The notes: generated from the sequence alone by a model not told the origin. Positions 39,012-49,212 are shown, counted from the stretch's first letter. The stretch is 56,919 nt of DNA from an uncultured Akkermansia sp. (GCA_964370355.1 CAYJJA010000003.1:1-56919), one strand, 5' to 3'. Numbers and translations are program-made.

Positions 39012-41663
39012 ATGTCTACCGATACCCCACAGCCGCCGAAAACGATCTACCTGATCACCACCTATCGCTCTGACGTCGCTTTGCTGCAGAATGCAAAGCC
39101 TGTTATTAATCTTTATGATCAAGAAGAGTTTAGAACCTTTCTTCTCAAGCAGGAGTCAGTCCTCTCCTCCATGGCTGACGTGCTAAAAGATAATGAGGCA
39201 TTCACGCAGTATAAAGAAAAAATAGAATTAGCCTCAATAAAGACATCGAGTATCGTAGAAACTCTTGTTGACTCTGCCATCGAGAGCTTCGATGAGAAGT
39301 ATCAAAAAAAGCTGAATCGTGATTCGCTCATCAATTTATTTGGATCTATCCAACAAATAGGAGACACAGATGTCTACATCACGCATAATTGGTACAACAA
39401 GTTTCCCTTCAACTACGATACATACTCCACAAATACTGATCTAGATGTAAAAGAGAGCAAGCATGTGTTTTTGGGATTACTCTTTAGGTTCTTACGAAAG
39501 CATATTAGCGATAAGAATTGCATCATCAAGCTCTTTGCACATGATCTTGATATCTTTGATCGCCGCATGCGAGGTACTGTGGTGACGGAGCAATTATTAT
39601 CATTTTCCCTCGTCAATATTGATAAAGAGGTCGATGAAGTCACAGGCTACGGAACCATCCGTAGCCTGCGCACCATGATCAAAGATGGCGATGTCTACGT
39701 ATCTCAGCATGGGAATGCGTCTATGTTTTACAAGCATGTCTTGAGCCGAGCTTGTACTGAGAATTTGCATGACTTATTACGGTATTTTCTCGAAATTTCT
39801 GATCAGTTTGCGAAGTTTAGTCTAGAAAAGATCACGACAAGCATTAATGGTCAAAGGAAAGATCAACAGTACATACGCATCAGACTATTTTTCACAGGCA
39901 AAGGCAGCCCATCCACCAACAATGTACTGGATCTTGAGTTCCAATTTCTCGCGGTTTTAACACAAATAGTTAATTTTAACCATCACGCATGGAAAGTTAA
40001 GAAGCGCTTTATCCCTAGCAAATTCGAAAAGCTCATCGAAGACGTCGTTCTAGATCAGGTAGACGAACATGCAAATGAGCCAGAAGAGGTACAAAAACTG
40101 CGCCGCTTAACGCAAATGCCCATGTTCATTAGCTCGAATCGAAAGCTTGTCTCCAAGAAGGCTTCTGAGAGCTCACTCGTTGCAATTGACTCACGTGCTC
40201 GCTACCTTGATAGCAGCATCTGGATGCGCTATGTCCAACTAGACAATGAGCAATGCACTAAACTGGCTGATGATGCGCGAATCGAGCGCCATAATCAAAC
40301 AAAGGAAGAGGAGATTGCAAAGCAGTTATTTCCCTCCGATTTTGCTATTTATCAAACGGCGAATGCTCACGAAGTGCGAGAATTTAACTCGCGACTCTGT
40401 TCGAACTCTCGCCTCATCAATTACCACACGGGGCAGGGAAAGAATATCACTCCTTTCCCCTTCTGCTCTGAGGAGCGTAATAGAGAAAAGGCTAATAAGC
40501 AATTCGCGAAATTTAAAGACAAAATTGCAAATAGAAGGCTTATCATGAGAGTGCTTCTCATTGATGACAAATCTACGATTAAGAAGCATTTAAAGCCGGG
40601 TAATATGAACAAAATAGACATCTTGGAATCTGTTTTGTCCCAAAAAGATGCTCAGGATGCAGAGCCTGGGTTCTATGTGATCACAGACACGAATAAGAAG
40701 GAAATCCGTGATGATATTACTGACCCTATCATCATTATCGAGCATGCCCACACCTTGACTGAAGCTAAGGATAAGCTAGCAACGCGCAAATTCGACATCA
40801 TTTTCTTAGACTATTTGCTAGAATACAATAAGGAGTCAAAGAAAAAAGAAAAGAGCAGCTATACTACACAATTATTAGAAGAGATACTTGCAACGCATGA
40901 CCCCAGTCTAGCGGGCATTCTACCAGATAGACATTCCTCGGAAGATAAGCTTCAAGAAGCAGTCGATCATCGAGGCCCTCTGAATAAATTCTGGTTTTTC
41001 TTCATATCGACTTTCTCTTCTGCTATTAGAGAAGGCATGAGAGTTAGCGATATGCATTACAGCGAAAAGCTGTGGCATGCGGAGCGCGGAGCCTGTCCTG
41101 CGATCACGCCTCAACTCTTTAGGAATAATTTTTACCATCTATTAAATACTCAGCTTAATGAGTTAACGGACATAGGGGGAGATTCTAATGAAAAAACCTT
41201 TAGTGTGATCGACTACTTGAGGGAAATTTTCCAAGCCTCAGATATCAGGGAAAAAGCGGTGAGGAATTTTAATGCGCTGCTACAGCTCAAATCTCATTAT
41301 AAATCTCTTTTCAACGACTACTATTTTAAGAAAGAAGAGGAAAAGACTGATAACATCAATAATGAGAGGGATAACAATGGCTCATTGCTGGTGCGCTCCT
41401 TGTTCCCTGATTTGTCCTGTTATGGATTTGCTTTTTGGGAGCATTTACAGCATCTTATTTACCTTGTCGCCTACGGAAATCCCAGCCAGAGCAAGGTCAT
41501 GTGGTATGAGTATATGAGCATTCAGCGTGTACTAAAAAAGGCAGAAAAGAAAATAGCAACGGTCGAAAAGAAAAAAGCAAACAAGAGCAAAAAGACTTTT
41601 GAATCTGTTTGCGTACTCATAGAGCGTCACCTCACGAAACTCATCTCTGAAAACAACTCATAA
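39012..41663 (+). CDS. 883-aa soluble protein of unknown function with an internal degenerate receiver (REC)-like domain
   Basis: Long AT-rich ORF; RVLLIDDK (40545), FDIIFLDYLL (about 40791), FFFISTF and ERGACP fit the REC strand order; no TM or signal peptide. Confidence 0.65.
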   Translation: MSTDTPQPPKTIYLITTYRSDVALLQNAKPVINLYDQEEFRTFLLKQESVLSSMADVLKDNEAFTQYKEKIELASIKTSSIVETLVDSAIESFDEKYQKKLNRDSLINLFGSIQQIGDTDVYITHNWYNKFPFNYDTYSTNTDLDVKESKHVFLGLLFRFLRKHISDKNCIIKLFAHDLDIFDRRMRGTVVTEQLLSFSLVNIDKEVDEVTGYGTIRSLRTMIKDGDVYVSQHGNASMFYKHVLSRACTENLHDLLRYFLEISDQFAKFSLEKITTSINGQRKDQQYIRIRLFFTGKGSPSTNNVLDLEFQFLAVLTQIVNFNHHAWKVKKRFIPSKFEKLIEDVVLDQVDEHANEPEEVQKLRRLTQMPMFISSNRKLVSKKASESSLVAIDSRARYLDSSIWMRYVQLDNEQCTKLADDARIERHNQTKEEEIAKQLFPSDFAIYQTANAHEVREFNSRLCSNSRLINYHTGQGKNITPFPFCSEERNREKANKQFAKFKDKIANRRLIMRVLLIDDKSTIKKHLKPGNMNKIDILESVLSQKDAQDAEPGFYVITDTNKKEIRDDITDPIIIIEHAHTLTEAKDKLATRKFDIIFLDYLLEYNKESKKKEKSSYTTQLLEEILATHDPSLAGILPDRHSSEDKLQEAVDHRGPLNKFWFFFISTFSSAIREGMRVSDMHYSEKLWHAERGACPAITPQLFRNNFYHLLNTQLNELTDIGGDSNEKTFSVIDYLREIFQASDIREKAVRNFNALLQLKSHYKSLFNDYYFKKEEEKTDNINNERDNNGSLLVRSLFPDLSCYGFAFWEHLQHLIYLVAYGNPSQSKVMWYEYMSIQRVLKKAEKKIATVEKKKANKSKKTFESVCVLIERHLTKLISENNS

Positions 41664-41671
41664 ATGATGCC

Positions 41672-43669
41672 ATGAATATAGGAATCCATTTCTCGCTCAA
41701 CAAGCAATTCTCTCGACCAGAGCTAGGAATCAATATTTATAATTATCGGGCTTTCAGTAATAAGAAATATGACAAGATAGGAGCGGCTGACCATCTCAAA
41801 TACCCGATTTATCTTAGTATTTCTCACAACGAGATTAGCTTCTATTTGAACATCTACAAAGAGAAGAATGGCTATCCTGAGCATAGCAACAGCCCTATCC
41901 TGACTCTCTCCTTAGCCTCGCAAACCGAAGACTGGGAAAACTTGACAAGCAACCTGCAAAACATATTTACTGAAACGATTGATCTGAACGGTGAAGATAT
42001 CATCGAAAAAGAAACGGAGCAATCCGACTCCATCGCAAACCAGCAGACCTATTCTAAACTCAGCGTATTCGCTAACACGAAGACGAGAGAATCATCGAAG
42101 GGTGAGAAGTATATCCAAGTGCCACTCAAAAGGCTCTTTCTAGACTTTTTGTATGATGCTGAGCACTCGCAGGTCTTTCTCACCTCATGCGTCTTTAGTA
42201 GCATTTATGATAAGCTCAACGAGAATTTTCTTTTTCTCTCCATCAGAAATAAAGCGAAATACTACTACTACAGAGAGTCGCTTTATCACTACACCAAGAA
42301 GGGCTTTCCTTCGGATGATACGCCGCGGAAAAACCAGGTCCAACCCATCTCAAAGACAAAGAAAGCATTAGCCGTTGCAATTATAAAAGAGAAAATTTCG
42401 CCTATTGTTATACATCATGCTAAGGTGTTGACCAACAGAGGCGAGCTTGAAAACACAGAGAGAGAAAAAATCCTACAACTCTTTACCTACTACATCGACG
42501 CAGAGCACCGATGGGTGGAGACAATCACGAGGCATCGCGCGGAGAGCACCTTTAATTTCTCCAACGGATGGATGGGCATTTGTCGTGAAGAGATCTATCA
42601 TGTCTATGAGCAAACAATCAATAAGGAGTCTTTTTTTGATCTCATCCCTCGCCGAACATCCAATTTATGGAAATATACATCAAGACTAACGCGTGAGAAA
42701 TCTCCGACTTGGAAGGAGAAAGAGGCCGATAAAATTCGCGATGTGGCCAACCATGCCCTCCTCTGGCATCTCAATAAGTACCAACCTTCAGGCTTTTATA
42801 GAATAATAGCGGGTAATAACTCAAAGGACTTGAGCTTTCCTTACCTCTGCTTACTAATCCTCTATACTTGTTGCATAGTCGCTGCAAGTTATTGGGATGC
42901 TAGTCCGTCATGGATCATTAGGCTCGGATTCGCGATTCTAGTCTACCCCTTAGTCATATGGCTCCTATTTGCAGCGCACAATAGAGCAAAAAGGGTTTCA
43001 TGGACGAATGCCTATTATCCGCGTCTTCTCGCGAGTATCATTGCCGCATGGATCCCCTTCTCGGTGGATTCGACACTCAATACAACTTTCTATGACAAGG
43101 AGAGTTCCTCTCTCTTTGCTATCCCTGCGCTCATTGCAACGCTCATTTTCCTCTACCATGAGATCACTAAGCGCAACCCCTATCTCAATGTGTTGCGCAA
43201 ACTTTTCAGAACTGGCACTTTTAGCCTGATAGCCTTTTTTTATTCGAGTATTATAGGGATTTTTTCCATGTCTTTCTTCAATATCTCCTATATTGAGCAC
43301 TCCTATGCATGCACAGAGAAATATCATGATTGCGCAGCGGTGAGCTCAGAGCAACAAGCCCATCAAAACAAGGCGCACTATCACGCGTACCCTGTCCAAA
43401 ATGCTAAGCAAGATGATGAAAGTGCGCCTCAATACCATGTCTACCCTACAAGCGAGCTAGACTTTGATGCCCGCTATCAGTGCCTCGTCAATCATAATAT
43501 CATCACCCCAATCCCTCCGACCTCAGCAAGCTTTATTGATGAGAAGCTAAAGAATATGCGCTTAACCCTCTTTAACAACATGCTCATCCCCTTTGCCATC
43601 TTTGCTATGTTCATTGGCGTGTGCTTGCAGTCTATCTTTGCAGAAAAGTCTATCGCTGAGCCGCTGTAG
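41672..43669 (+). CDS. 665-aa membrane protein of unknown function (large soluble N-terminus, about 6 C-terminal TM helices)
   Basis: Starts 8 bp after the previous stop; AT-rich; hydrophobic segments from about residue 390 onward. Confidence 0.7.
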   Translation: MNIGIHFSLNKQFSRPELGINIYNYRAFSNKKYDKIGAADHLKYPIYLSISHNEISFYLNIYKEKNGYPEHSNSPILTLSLASQTEDWENLTSNLQNIFTETIDLNGEDIIEKETEQSDSIANQQTYSKLSVFANTKTRESSKGEKYIQVPLKRLFLDFLYDAEHSQVFLTSCVFSSIYDKLNENFLFLSIRNKAKYYYYRESLYHYTKKGFPSDDTPRKNQVQPISKTKKALAVAIIKEKISPIVIHHAKVLTNRGELENTEREKILQLFTYYIDAEHRWVETITRHRAESTFNFSNGWMGICREEIYHVYEQTINKESFFDLIPRRTSNLWKYTSRLTREKSPTWKEKEADKIRDVANHALLWHLNKYQPSGFYRIIAGNNSKDLSFPYLCLLILYTCCIVAASYWDASPSWIIRLGFAILVYPLVIWLLFAAHNRAKRVSWTNAYYPRLLASIIAAWIPFSVDSTLNTTFYDKESSSLFAIPALIATLIFLYHEITKRNPYLNVLRKLFRTGTFSLIAFFYSSIIGIFSMSFFNISYIEHSYACTEKYHDCAAVSSEQQAHQNKAHYHAYPVQNAKQDDESAPQYHVYPTSELDFDARYQCLVNHNIITPIPPTSASFIDEKLKNMRLTLFNNMLIPFAIFAMFIGVCLQSIFAEKSIAEPL

Positions 43670-44192
43670 GCAGGGCCGTGCTTGGGGGGGGCTGTCGCCT
43701 TGCGTGATGCGTCCTCAGTGGGGGATGCAGCGACGCATCATTGATGTGGGGCTGCATCAGGCTCATGAGGTGGCGGGGATGCCCTCGCACGCCACGCCCC
43801 TGGGCGCGTAGCTGCTGCTCCATCGCCGCCTCGGCCTCGGCATGCTCACCGCCTCTGTGCTTGATGAGTAGCAGCAGCTCGCTAGGCAGCTCGCCTGCCG
43901 CCTGCTGCGCGAGGGCGAGATCGAGCTCATCGAGCGTGTACTGACCGCAGCTCTTCCAGAAGAGGGCGATGAAGAAGGCACTCTTGCGCACCTCGTCCTT
44001 GTAGTCCTCGTTCTTGTGACGGTGGTAGCGCACGGCGGCATCCATCTCTTCCCAGCGCATGGGGTAGAGAGCTACTCCCTCCGCACCGCGTCCATGCTCA
44101 GAGAGGTCAAAGATGAGCAGTGAGCTGGCATCGCGCTCGGGGCTGAGCTCGGCGGAGGAGGCGATAAAGATTTGCAGGCGCTTGTTGTTCAT
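43650..44192 (-). pseudogene. TIR-like/DUF4062-like domain gene, apparently 3'-truncated
   Basis: IFIASSAELSPERD...WEE...YKDEVRKSAFFIALFWKSCGQYTLDELDLA; the last ~45 codons look non-native and overlap the convergent gene's end. Confidence 0.55.
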
Positions 44193-44282
44193 GACTTATC
44201 GAAGAGGATGACAAATAGAAGCTGCGCAGGTCAAGAGAAAAGCATTTTACATTGTAGTTTTGACGAGCTAGGATAAGAGCAT

Positions 44283-44317
44283 TCAAGCCCGCCTTTCTCT
44301 GAGAAAGGCGGGCTTGA
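44283..44317. terminator. strong hairpin/terminator after rplS
   Basis: TCAAGCCCGCCTTTCTC-T-GAGAAAGGCGGGCTTGA perfect inverted repeat. Confidence 0.75.
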
Positions 44318-44346
44318 TGATAAAAAAGTCTTGGATAAGCGAGCTC

Positions 44347-44691
44347 TTAGCGAATCGTCTTGACCGTGATCGCGCTCTTACCGATGCGGCTGCGGAGGTA
44401 GTGGAGCTTGGCGCGGCGTACCTTGCCACGAGTGACGATTTCGACCTTGGCGATCTTGGGGGTATGGATGGGGAAGGAACGCTCCACGCCGACTCCCGAG
44501 GAGATCTTACGGACGGTGAAAGCTTCGTTCACACCAGAGCCACGCTTGGCGATCACGATACCTTGGTAGATCTGTACGCGCTCTTTGCCACCTTCGATGA
44601 CGCGGCAGTGTACCTTGACGGTGTCGCCTACGTTGAAGGGAGTTATATCGCTTTTCAGCTGCTCATCATTGATTTTGTCGAGAATGTTCAT
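44347..44691 (-). CDS. rplS: 50S ribosomal protein L19
   Basis: [34 protein letters not shown] and [12 protein letters not shown] motifs. Confidence 0.96.
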   Translation of the reverse strand: MNILDKINDEQLKSDITPFNVGDTVKVHCRVIEGGKERVQIYQGIVIAKRGSGVNEAFTVRKISSGVGVERSFPIHTPKIAKVEIVTRGKVRRAKLHYLRSRIGKSAITVKTIR

Positions 44692-44866
44692 CTTATCTCC
44701 TTGTGTTCTTTATCTAAAAAATATACGACCTAAAAGCTCCCTTGGAGCACGTACGAGGTGCGATAGTCTACACGATCTTGATCCTCTTGGCAATGCAAAT
44801 TTGTAAAAAAAACACTTTTTTGATATTCATAGGTCGCGAATCGTTTTGTTTTCAGCGAGATAGCTG

Positions 44867-46288
44867 CTACTTGGACTCTTTCGCGGCGGGGAAGTGCTGC
44901 TGCATCATGCGCTTGGCTGCGGGCAGGTGGGGACTATCGCCAAAGAGCTCAAAGACGCGCTCCAGCGAGAGACGCGCCGCCTCCTTCTGCTTGTTGAGCA
45001 GCTGGGCTTGCACCACGCAGAGAGCCGCGCGTATCCCGACGACGGGGTCGCTGGATTCGCGCACGATACGGGCAAAGAGCTCCGCAGCCTTTGCATAGTC
45101 GGCCTTGATCAGCGATTGGCACGCGCTCATCCCGAGATTCATCACGGCTGCTTGAGGCTTGCTTGCGTAGGGTCTATAGAGCGGATCGCCCATGACAATG
45201 CCCTGCCAGGAGAGGACAGGTGTCGCCATCCCCGCCGCCTCAGCCAGCGAGTAGCCAGCCAGCAGACGGGCATAAAAGACATCCAGATGCAGAGAGCCCG
45301 TGAGGAAGGGCTCCCAGACATTGCCCGCTGAGACATCCGCCCCCTTTGCCAGCAGCGCGCCGACCCAGCCCTCTGTGTGCGAGCGTACATTCGTCGCGCT
45401 GAAGGAATGCAGATGCACCGCCACCGCACCAGGCGCAAAGCGGAAGTGCCCTCCCCCCTGCTCCCCAAAAGGCCCCTGAGCACGCCCCTCATACCAGCCA
45501 AAATAGGCCACCGCTGGAGTCGGCAGCGGGTAATGCTCCACGAGTGCTGGGCGCAGTGCATCGAGAAAGACGGGCTGGCCCGCCTCACTCGCCATCGTAG
45601 CGATGCTGCGCAGCCAGGTATCCCCTGCGGGATAGGGACCGCCTAGATCGACAATAGTCCAGCCTACCAGCCCGCCGCTCTGCTCGACAGCATGAGGCTG
45701 CCTGATCATGCGTCGGCAGATCTCAGCACTGGGCGCATCAATGCGGGTGACAGGTAGCATGCGAAAGCCACTCATCGCAATGCCCTCCTCGCGGCGAAAG
45801 TAGGGATTGCGCAGCATCCCCTTAGTCGGGTACTCGCCCGCCCCGAGCAGCGCGAGCTCACTATCGACACTCGCGGCACTCGTCTGCTGCCAAGGCTCAG
45901 CCTTTGCCCCCTGCTTGGCGGGGCGCGCCGTGATGCGCAGGGGGAGATCGGGCATGAGCAGCATGGCATAGATAGGGTACACGCCCAGCTGCTTTGAGGC
46001 GGGGAATTGTAGACTCCTCGCGCGAGCCAGCTTCATCAAGGGGTCATAAATCTGGCTCACATAGACCTCGGTGCCAATATCACGCAGGGTAGGGGAGCTG
46101 TGTAGGGGCAGCATATTGCGCTCGGGAATACCCCGCGTACGCGCATAGAGCTGCGCACACTCGCGACTCAGAGGGGAGTCCGCGTTGTAAACCACCGCGA
46201 CATGCTCAGCTCGAAGCGACTGAGCATGCCCCTGCGAGAGCAGCAGCATGAGCGCGACAAGGATAGAGTAAAAAGACTTCATACGCAT
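44867..46288 (-). CDS. TIGR03790-type protein (PEP-CTERM-associated family) with TPR-like C-terminus
   Basis: Signal peptide; VAVVYNADSPLS, ASVDSELA, YFGWY, HLHSFSA, GNVWEPFL and LSWQGIVMGDPLYRP motifs. Confidence 0.75.
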   Translation of the reverse strand: MRMKSFYSILVALMLLLSQGHAQSLRAEHVAVVYNADSPLSRECAQLYARTRGIPERNMLPLHSSPTLRDIGTEVYVSQIYDPLMKLARARSLQFPASKQLGVYPIYAMLLMPDLPLRITARPAKQGAKAEPWQQTSAASVDSELALLGAGEYPTKGMLRNPYFRREEGIAMSGFRMLPVTRIDAPSAEICRRMIRQPHAVEQSGGLVGWTIVDLGGPYPAGDTWLRSIATMASEAGQPVFLDALRPALVEHYPLPTPAVAYFGWYEGRAQGPFGEQGGGHFRFAPGAVAVHLHSFSATNVRSHTEGWVGALLAKGADVSAGNVWEPFLTGSLHLDVFYARLLAGYSLAEAAGMATPVLSWQGIVMGDPLYRPYASKPQAAVMNLGMSACQSLIKADYAKAAELFARIVRESSDPVVGIRAALCVVQAQLLNKQKEAARLSLERVFELFGDSPHLPAAKRMMQQHFPAAKESK

Positions 46289-46292
46289 TTAT

Positions 46293-46709
46293 TCACATCA
46301 ATTCATATAAAAGGATGCGCTCCTCCTCCGTATAGGGCAGCTTTCTCCACTGCGCATCCAAGCGAGCCGTCGTCCACGAGATCTCAGCCGCTATCCCAGA
46401 CTGCCCCTTAATGGTGAATGCCCAGTCAAGCGAGCTCGTCCCCACACGCGCCACACGCGCAAGAATCATATAGCTCTCCCGAAAGCGCAGCGGCCGCTTA
46501 TACTCCACCTGCACCTGCACACGCGGCACCGCCATGCGCTCCCTCATCATCGCGGTGAGCATCCCGCAGTCATCCATAGCCGCAGTCTCAGCGCACTCTG
46601 CATAGCGTAAAAAATTGCTAAAATGCACAATACCCGCTGCATCTGTCTCATAAAAAGCAACGCGCCCCTCATAGAGAAAGCCACCATCCGCATGATTCAT
46701 CATGGTCAT
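46293..46709 (-). CDS. acyl-CoA thioesterase (YbgC/4HBT hotdog family)
   Basis: RVAFYETDAAGIVHFSNFLRYAE and EYKRPLRF motifs. Confidence 0.88.
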   Translation of the reverse strand: MTMMNHADGGFLYEGRVAFYETDAAGIVHFSNFLRYAECAETAAMDDCGMLTAMMRERMAVPRVQVQVEYKRPLRFRESYMILARVARVGTSSLDWAFTIKGQSGIAAEISWTTARLDAQWRKLPYTEEERILLYELM

Positions 46710-46737
46710 AAAATGAACTCTAGCTAATGAATAAAAA

Positions 46738-47871
46738 CTATCGACTCATGGTCTGCGAACGCCAATCCCCGCTACGACGGCGGCGCATCTCATCAATACG
46801 GGCATTCCAGCCCTCCTCCTCCAGCTCGGCAATATTAATATGCTTGTCATCTGCCGCCATGCGCAAATAGAGCACTAGGCGACGCTTGCCATCCGAGAAG
46901 GTCAAAAAGCGGCGGCGACTCTGATGAATATCCTCAGACGAGCGACTCTCCAGCGCAGACTCATCACGCAAAGTCGCGCGCAGCCCAGCGTCCAGCTTAT
47001 TGACACCCAGATAACGCTCTGCTTGAGCTAGCGTCATGCCCTCAAAGCGATCATTCTTGGTCAGCGGCTTGAGCACACGATAAGCCGCATAGAGCGCGGG
47101 CGTACTCAAGGTACCCTCCCGAGCCCCCTGCTCATACATACGCGCACGATCGCGCTGCTCAGCAAGGGCGGGCGAGCTCATCGCCAAAGGGTAGATGACA
47201 AACCACATCAGCACCAGAGCGAGCAAGGAGACAATCACATACAAGCGCGTACGCCTCTGTGCGACCATCTCACGCATCGCGCCGTAGAATCGCGCGATGA
47301 GCCCCTCATCAGCCTTGCCAAAGAGAAAGCTCGCCCGCACGCGCCCGCGCCTCGCCGCGATCTCATGCACCGTACGAGCCCTCTGCACATCGAGCTGCTG
47401 GAGATCCACCTCATTGCCCTCATAGCCAGCCATGGGACGTGAAAACAAATAGGCCAGCAGCCCGAGGCGAAACATCACGCTACACGCCACAAAAATCCCC
47501 GCATAGAACAGCCCCATAGACAGACGTCCATCCTCATAGCTCAACATAGGCCAGAGCAGCTCAGGATACCACACCTGCAGCAGCGGCCAGGCCACCACGG
47601 CGAGCAGCAGCGTCAGCCCCCAAGCCCAAAACCACACCGCATTCTTCCTCTCCCCCGCCAGACTCGCCGCATAGAGAGCCACGAGAGCCATCATCCAGAC
47701 GGCATTGAGGGCAAAAAAGCCCCCTGCATCAAAGAGACCGGGCTCGGGCGCACCATACAAGGGAGCCGCCATAGCAGGGGCGAAGCTATGGGGATAAGAC
47801 CAGGCGAGCAGGCAAAACATCGCGCACAGCGTGGCAAAGAAAATTCGGAGAAAAAACAACAACGATGTCAT
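46738..47871 (-). CDS. hypothetical membrane protein
   Basis: About 5 TM segments; ATG 47871 lies 7 nt after a TTGACA-17-TACAAT promoter. Confidence 0.7.
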   Translation of the reverse strand: MTSLLFFLRIFFATLCAMFCLLAWSYPHSFAPAMAAPLYGAPEPGLFDAGGFFALNAVWMMALVALYAASLAGERKNAVWFWAWGLTLLLAVVAWPLLQVWYPELLWPMLSYEDGRLSMGLFYAGIFVACSVMFRLGLLAYLFSRPMAGYEGNEVDLQQLDVQRARTVHEIAARRGRVRASFLFGKADEGLIARFYGAMREMVAQRRTRLYVIVSLLALVLMWFVIYPLAMSSPALAEQRDRARMYEQGAREGTLSTPALYAAYRVLKPLTKNDRFEGMTLAQAERYLGVNKLDAGLRATLRDESALESRSSEDIHQSRRRFLTFSDGKRRLVLYLRMAADDKHINIAELEEEGWNARIDEMRRRRSGDWRSQTMSR

Positions 47872-48212
47872 GCCATTCATTGTATGACTTTTCCCCCCAG
47901 CTGTCAAGCAAGCCTCTCCGAGCCCTGCCTATACAAAAAGACAGCGAGCATCCCGCAAGATGCTCGCCCTTCAACAATGCAAGCGACTACCTGCGCTTTG
48001 TATCCAGAATGCGTCACGTCATAGAATTCGCTCTATGAGTAGCCCTGTTCAAGGGCTGGTGTCCAGCCTAGATTTTGCTCGCCTTGATGCCGCACGTGGA
48101 CTATTGATGTATCTAAAAAATATTTACAGCTGCTCCGAACTCATGCTAAAATCACTCGCACAACCAAATCATAGTGCGCCTCCTACCCGAACCCATCACG
48201 CACTCTATAGCT

Positions 48213-48713
48213 ATGTTCCCCTCCATCATGTTTCGCACCATTCTGTCCTCGGCGATGCGCCTAGGTCTTGTTATGGTCGTTCTGGCTCTGATTCTAGCAC
48301 TCATTGACTCACTCTTTCTCAACAGCTCTGACAAGCAGCTCTGCGACCAAAGCACACTCCCCGAAGGCGTGCTCTGCGTCGAGACTCTTCAGAGGGAATG
48401 GGAGAATCGCGTCGTCTGGATAGACACGCGCCACGACAATGACTACACGACCAATCACCTCATCTTCCCCGATAGGCGCATGTTTCGCATCCAGTCTGGG
48501 GTGAAGATGCAGGGGCAGCTCGATGCCGCCCTCACGCGCCTCATCGAGGCACAAGAGAAGAATGAGTGCATCCTCGTCTTTTGCAAAAAAGGATGTGACT
48601 CAGCAGACTACATCGCCCAAAAGCTACGCGAGACCGAGCTCATTGATGCGCCCATCTACGTCCTCTCTGACGGCTGGGATGCGCTGCTAGAGGCAGGCAT
48701 CGCCAGCCAATAG
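48213..48713 (+). CDS. membrane-anchored rhodanese-like domain protein
   Basis: N-terminal TM; VVWIDTR, FCKKGCDSA and YVLSDGWDAL motifs. Confidence 0.75.
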   Translation: MFPSIMFRTILSSAMRLGLVMVVLALILALIDSLFLNSSDKQLCDQSTLPEGVLCVETLQREWENRVVWIDTRHDNDYTTNHLIFPDRRMFRIQSGVKMQGQLDAALTRLIEAQEKNECILVFCKKGCDSADYIAQKLRETELIDAPIYVLSDGWDALLEAGIASQ

Positions 48714-48729
48714 GCATCTAGCCACGCAC

Positions 48730-49098
48730 TCACGCCTCAAGCCCGAGTAGCGCGAGCCACTGCTCCTCGCGAAAGCCGGGGAAGCATCCGCGCGGCGTGA
48801 CGAGCAAGGGACGCTTCACGAGCATGCCATCGCTGGCGAGCAGTGCTAGCTGCTCCTGCTCACTCAGGGAGCCTAGCTTCTTGGCAAGCCCGAGCTCGCG
48901 GTACTTCATCCCGCTCGTGTTGAAAAAGCGGCGCAAGGGCAGCCCACTAGCCCTCCACCACGTCTCTAGCTCTGGGGCACTCGCAGGCTCATCAACAATG
49001 GGTCGATTGAGGTAGGAAATCCCATGGCTATCCAGCCATTTTAGAGCCTTCTTGCAGGTGCTGCATGCAGCATACTGGAGGATGAGAATATCGGACAT
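48730..49098 (-). CDS. ArsC/Spx/YffB family protein
   Basis: CSTCKKALKWL, FFNTSGMKYREL and DGMLVKRPLLV motifs. Confidence 0.9.
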   Translation of the reverse strand: MSDILILQYAACSTCKKALKWLDSHGISYLNRPIVDEPASAPELETWWRASGLPLRRFFNTSGMKYRELGLAKKLGSLSEQEQLALLASDGMLVKRPLLVTPRGCFPGFREEQWLALLGLEA

Positions 49099-49175
49099 GA
49101 CTCATGATAGCGAATACGCATAGCGTCTTTCAAGAAAAATTAGGAGTGCTTGTTTCACAATGTCATATAATCATC

Positions 49176-49204
49176 TTGCCAGTAGCACCTCATAGGTGTA
49201 TGTT
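49176..49204 (+). promoter_or_regulatory. promoter with a palindromic operator candidate in the spacer
   Basis: TTGCCA-17 bp-TATGTT with CACCT-cat-AGGTG (49186-49198) between the boxes. Confidence 0.5.
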
Positions 49205-49212
49205 GTTGTTCT

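Noticed and set aside
39012..43669. Ordinary two-component system or prophage remnant
   Set aside because: No H-box/HATPase in the membrane protein, no HTH output, and no phage, integrase or att features seen.
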